From: Vicinamibacteria bacterium
Lineage (GTDB): Bacteria; Acidobacteriota; Vicinamibacteria; Fen-336
NCBI GenBank assembly: GCA_041481445.1
Contig: JBGPBV010000141.1
Span: 1 to 17,334, forward strand
Length of the DNA: 17,334 bases
Direction: 5' to 3'
Shown here in pieces: positions 16,200-17,334 of this stretch. A program made the position numbers and the translations under genes. The notes under the pieces were generated by a model. That model was given only the letters and a program-made list of their open reading frames with translations. It was not told the DNA's origin and did no database searches. How positions within the stretch are numbered: position 1 is the first letter of the stretch; each line of letters begins with the position of its first letter.

Positions 16200-17306
16200 C
16201 TACAGCAGCTTCACGACACGGTCGGCGAGGCCCTTCTCGCCGAGCACGACCGTCAGGTTGGCCTTCTCCGACACCTTCTCCAGGACCTCGAGCTCACGCA
16301 GGCGCATCAGGGTGGGGCTCGACTCCAGGATCTTGGCCGTGTTGGCCTGCGAGCGCATGGCCGCCGTCTCCTCCCGGCGCGTGATGAGGGCGGCCTCGGC
16401 CGCCTTCTTGGCCTCGGTCACCTTGTTCATGAGGTCCTTCATCTCGCCGGGCAGGATCACGTCACGGATGCCGAGGGCGACGACGTCCACGCCGAAACCG
16501 GCGACGCGCTCCCGCACGATGCCGTCCAGCTCCCGCGCGACCGCGTCCTTGTCGCTCAGCAGCACGTCCAGCTCACGCGTGCCGACCACGCCCCGCAGCG
16601 CGAGCTGCGCCTCGCGGTAGAGGGCCTGACGGTAGTCCTCCACCGTGGTCACGGCCACGAGGGGATCCGCCACCTTGTAGGTCACGACGGCGTTCAGGCG
16701 CAGCGTGACCTTGTCCGCGGTCATGATCTCCTGGCCGGCCACGTCCACGACCTGCTCGCGCAGGTCGACGTCCAGGACGCGGGCCTTGGCCACGCCCTTC
16801 CAGAAGGCGTGCGGTCCGGGAGCGAGCGTGGCCTCGTGACGGCCGTCCTTGAAGAAGAGGCCGGCGTGGCCGGCCTCGACCGTCGTGGCCTCGATCAGCG
16901 GCGCGGCGCCGCGGGCCTGGACGATCGCGGCCAGGTCGGTGTGATCGAAGCGCAGCGTGCGCGCATCGAAGGTCTCCACGCGCACGTCGTGGAAGACGGT
17001 CCAGAGCGCGTACAGGCCGGGCTTGAGCACCGCCTCGACACGGCCGTCGACCCACACCACGGCCCGCTCGTGGTCCTTCAGGTCGACCACGCGCGCCTCG
17101 TCGCCGAGGGCGCCCGACTTCGCGATCACGTCCAGGTCCTTGTGGTCGAGCCAGACGTTGCGGACGGAGACGACGTCGATGCGGGCCTTGAGGAGAGGGT
17201 CCCGAATCCAGTGGCGGCCGGGACCCAGCACGCGCTCGAACTCACGATCGCGGAAGAGCAGCCCGCGCTCGTGCTCACGAACCTTGAGACGACGCAGCAC
17301 CATCAA
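16200..17306 (-). CDS. SPFH/Band-7 domain protein, slipin-like, with an N-terminal beta-rich extension of about 150 aa
   Basis: The start MMVLRRLKVREHERGLLFRDREF is a slipin-type N-terminus. The SPFH core is VVDVAGQEIMTADKVTLRLNAVVTYKVADPLVAVTTVEDYRQALYREAQLALRGVVGTRELDVLLSDKD...EMKDLM. The C-terminal coiled-coil is AKKAAEAALITRREETAAMRSQ. The start is ambiguous: the first TTG is at about 17306 with an ATG immediately after it, and an AGGTGG lies 6-9 nt upstream. Confidence 0.85.
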   Translation of the reverse strand: MMVLRRLKVREHERGLLFRDREFERVLGPGRHWIRDPLLKARIDVVSVRNVWLDHKDLDVIAKSGALGDEARVVDLKDHERAVVWVDGRVEAVLKPGLYALWTVFHDVRVETFDARTLRFDHTDLAAIVQARGAAPLIEATTVEAGHAGLFFKDGRHEATLAPGPHAFWKGVAKARVLDVDLREQVVDVAGQEIMTADKVTLRLNAVVTYKVADPLVAVTTVEDYRQALYREAQLALRGVVGTRELDVLLSDKDAVARELDGIVRERVAGFGVDVVALGIRDVILPGEMKDLMNKVTEAKKAAEAALITRREETAAMRSQANTAKILESSPTLMRLRELEVLEKVSEKANLTVVLGEKGLADRVVKLL

Positions 17307-17334
17307 TGTGCACCACCTTTCAGAAGAGGCCTCC

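Noticed and set aside
15730-17055. ORFs 15730..16620 (plus) and 16573..17055 (minus)
   Set aside because: They are low-complexity RS/RP-rich translations overlapping the PAS gene, the intergenic spacer and the SPFH gene in wrong frames.

Overview
This is a very GC-rich (~70%) window with densely packed genes on both strands, and with its 800+ aa ADOP-type duplicated FtsX permease it looks like an Acidobacteria/Gemmatimonadota-like chromosome. I found no rRNA, tRNA, CRISPR, integrase or transposase. I support 13 protein-coding genes, and all family names below are my recognition of motifs, not search results.

Most of the six-frame ORF track is high-GC shadow and should be ignored.

The genes form a coherent extracytoplasmic sugar-oxidation neighbourhood:
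- A plus-strand operon (4370-7781) encodes a secreted aldose 1-epimerase, a cytoplasmic SDR dehydrogenase and a translationally coupled SGNH-hydrolase lipoprotein.
- A convergent ACS-family (DgoT-like) sugar-acid MFS transporter follows.
- Next is a Tat-exported Gfo/Idh/MocA oxidoreductase.
- A convergent minus-strand operon (15309-10404) encodes a cytochrome c-fused PQQ-dependent soluble sugar dehydrogenase, a PVC-type heme-binding CxxCH lipoprotein (membrane-bound-dehydrogenase domain, HEAT repeats and a C-terminal cytochrome c domain) and a ThuA-like protein.

All three minus-strand operon proteins carry export signals. My best candidate for a poorly described system is this periplasmic electron-transfer module of PQQ dehydrogenase, PVC heme protein and ThuA, together with its convergent Tat-exported oxidoreductase. 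Its physiological substrate and electron acceptor are, to my knowledge, not established.

Flanking genes are an orphan ADOP permease, an RhlE-like DEAD-box helicase with an RG/RS-rich tail, a stand-alone PAS-domain protein and a slipin-like SPFH protein.
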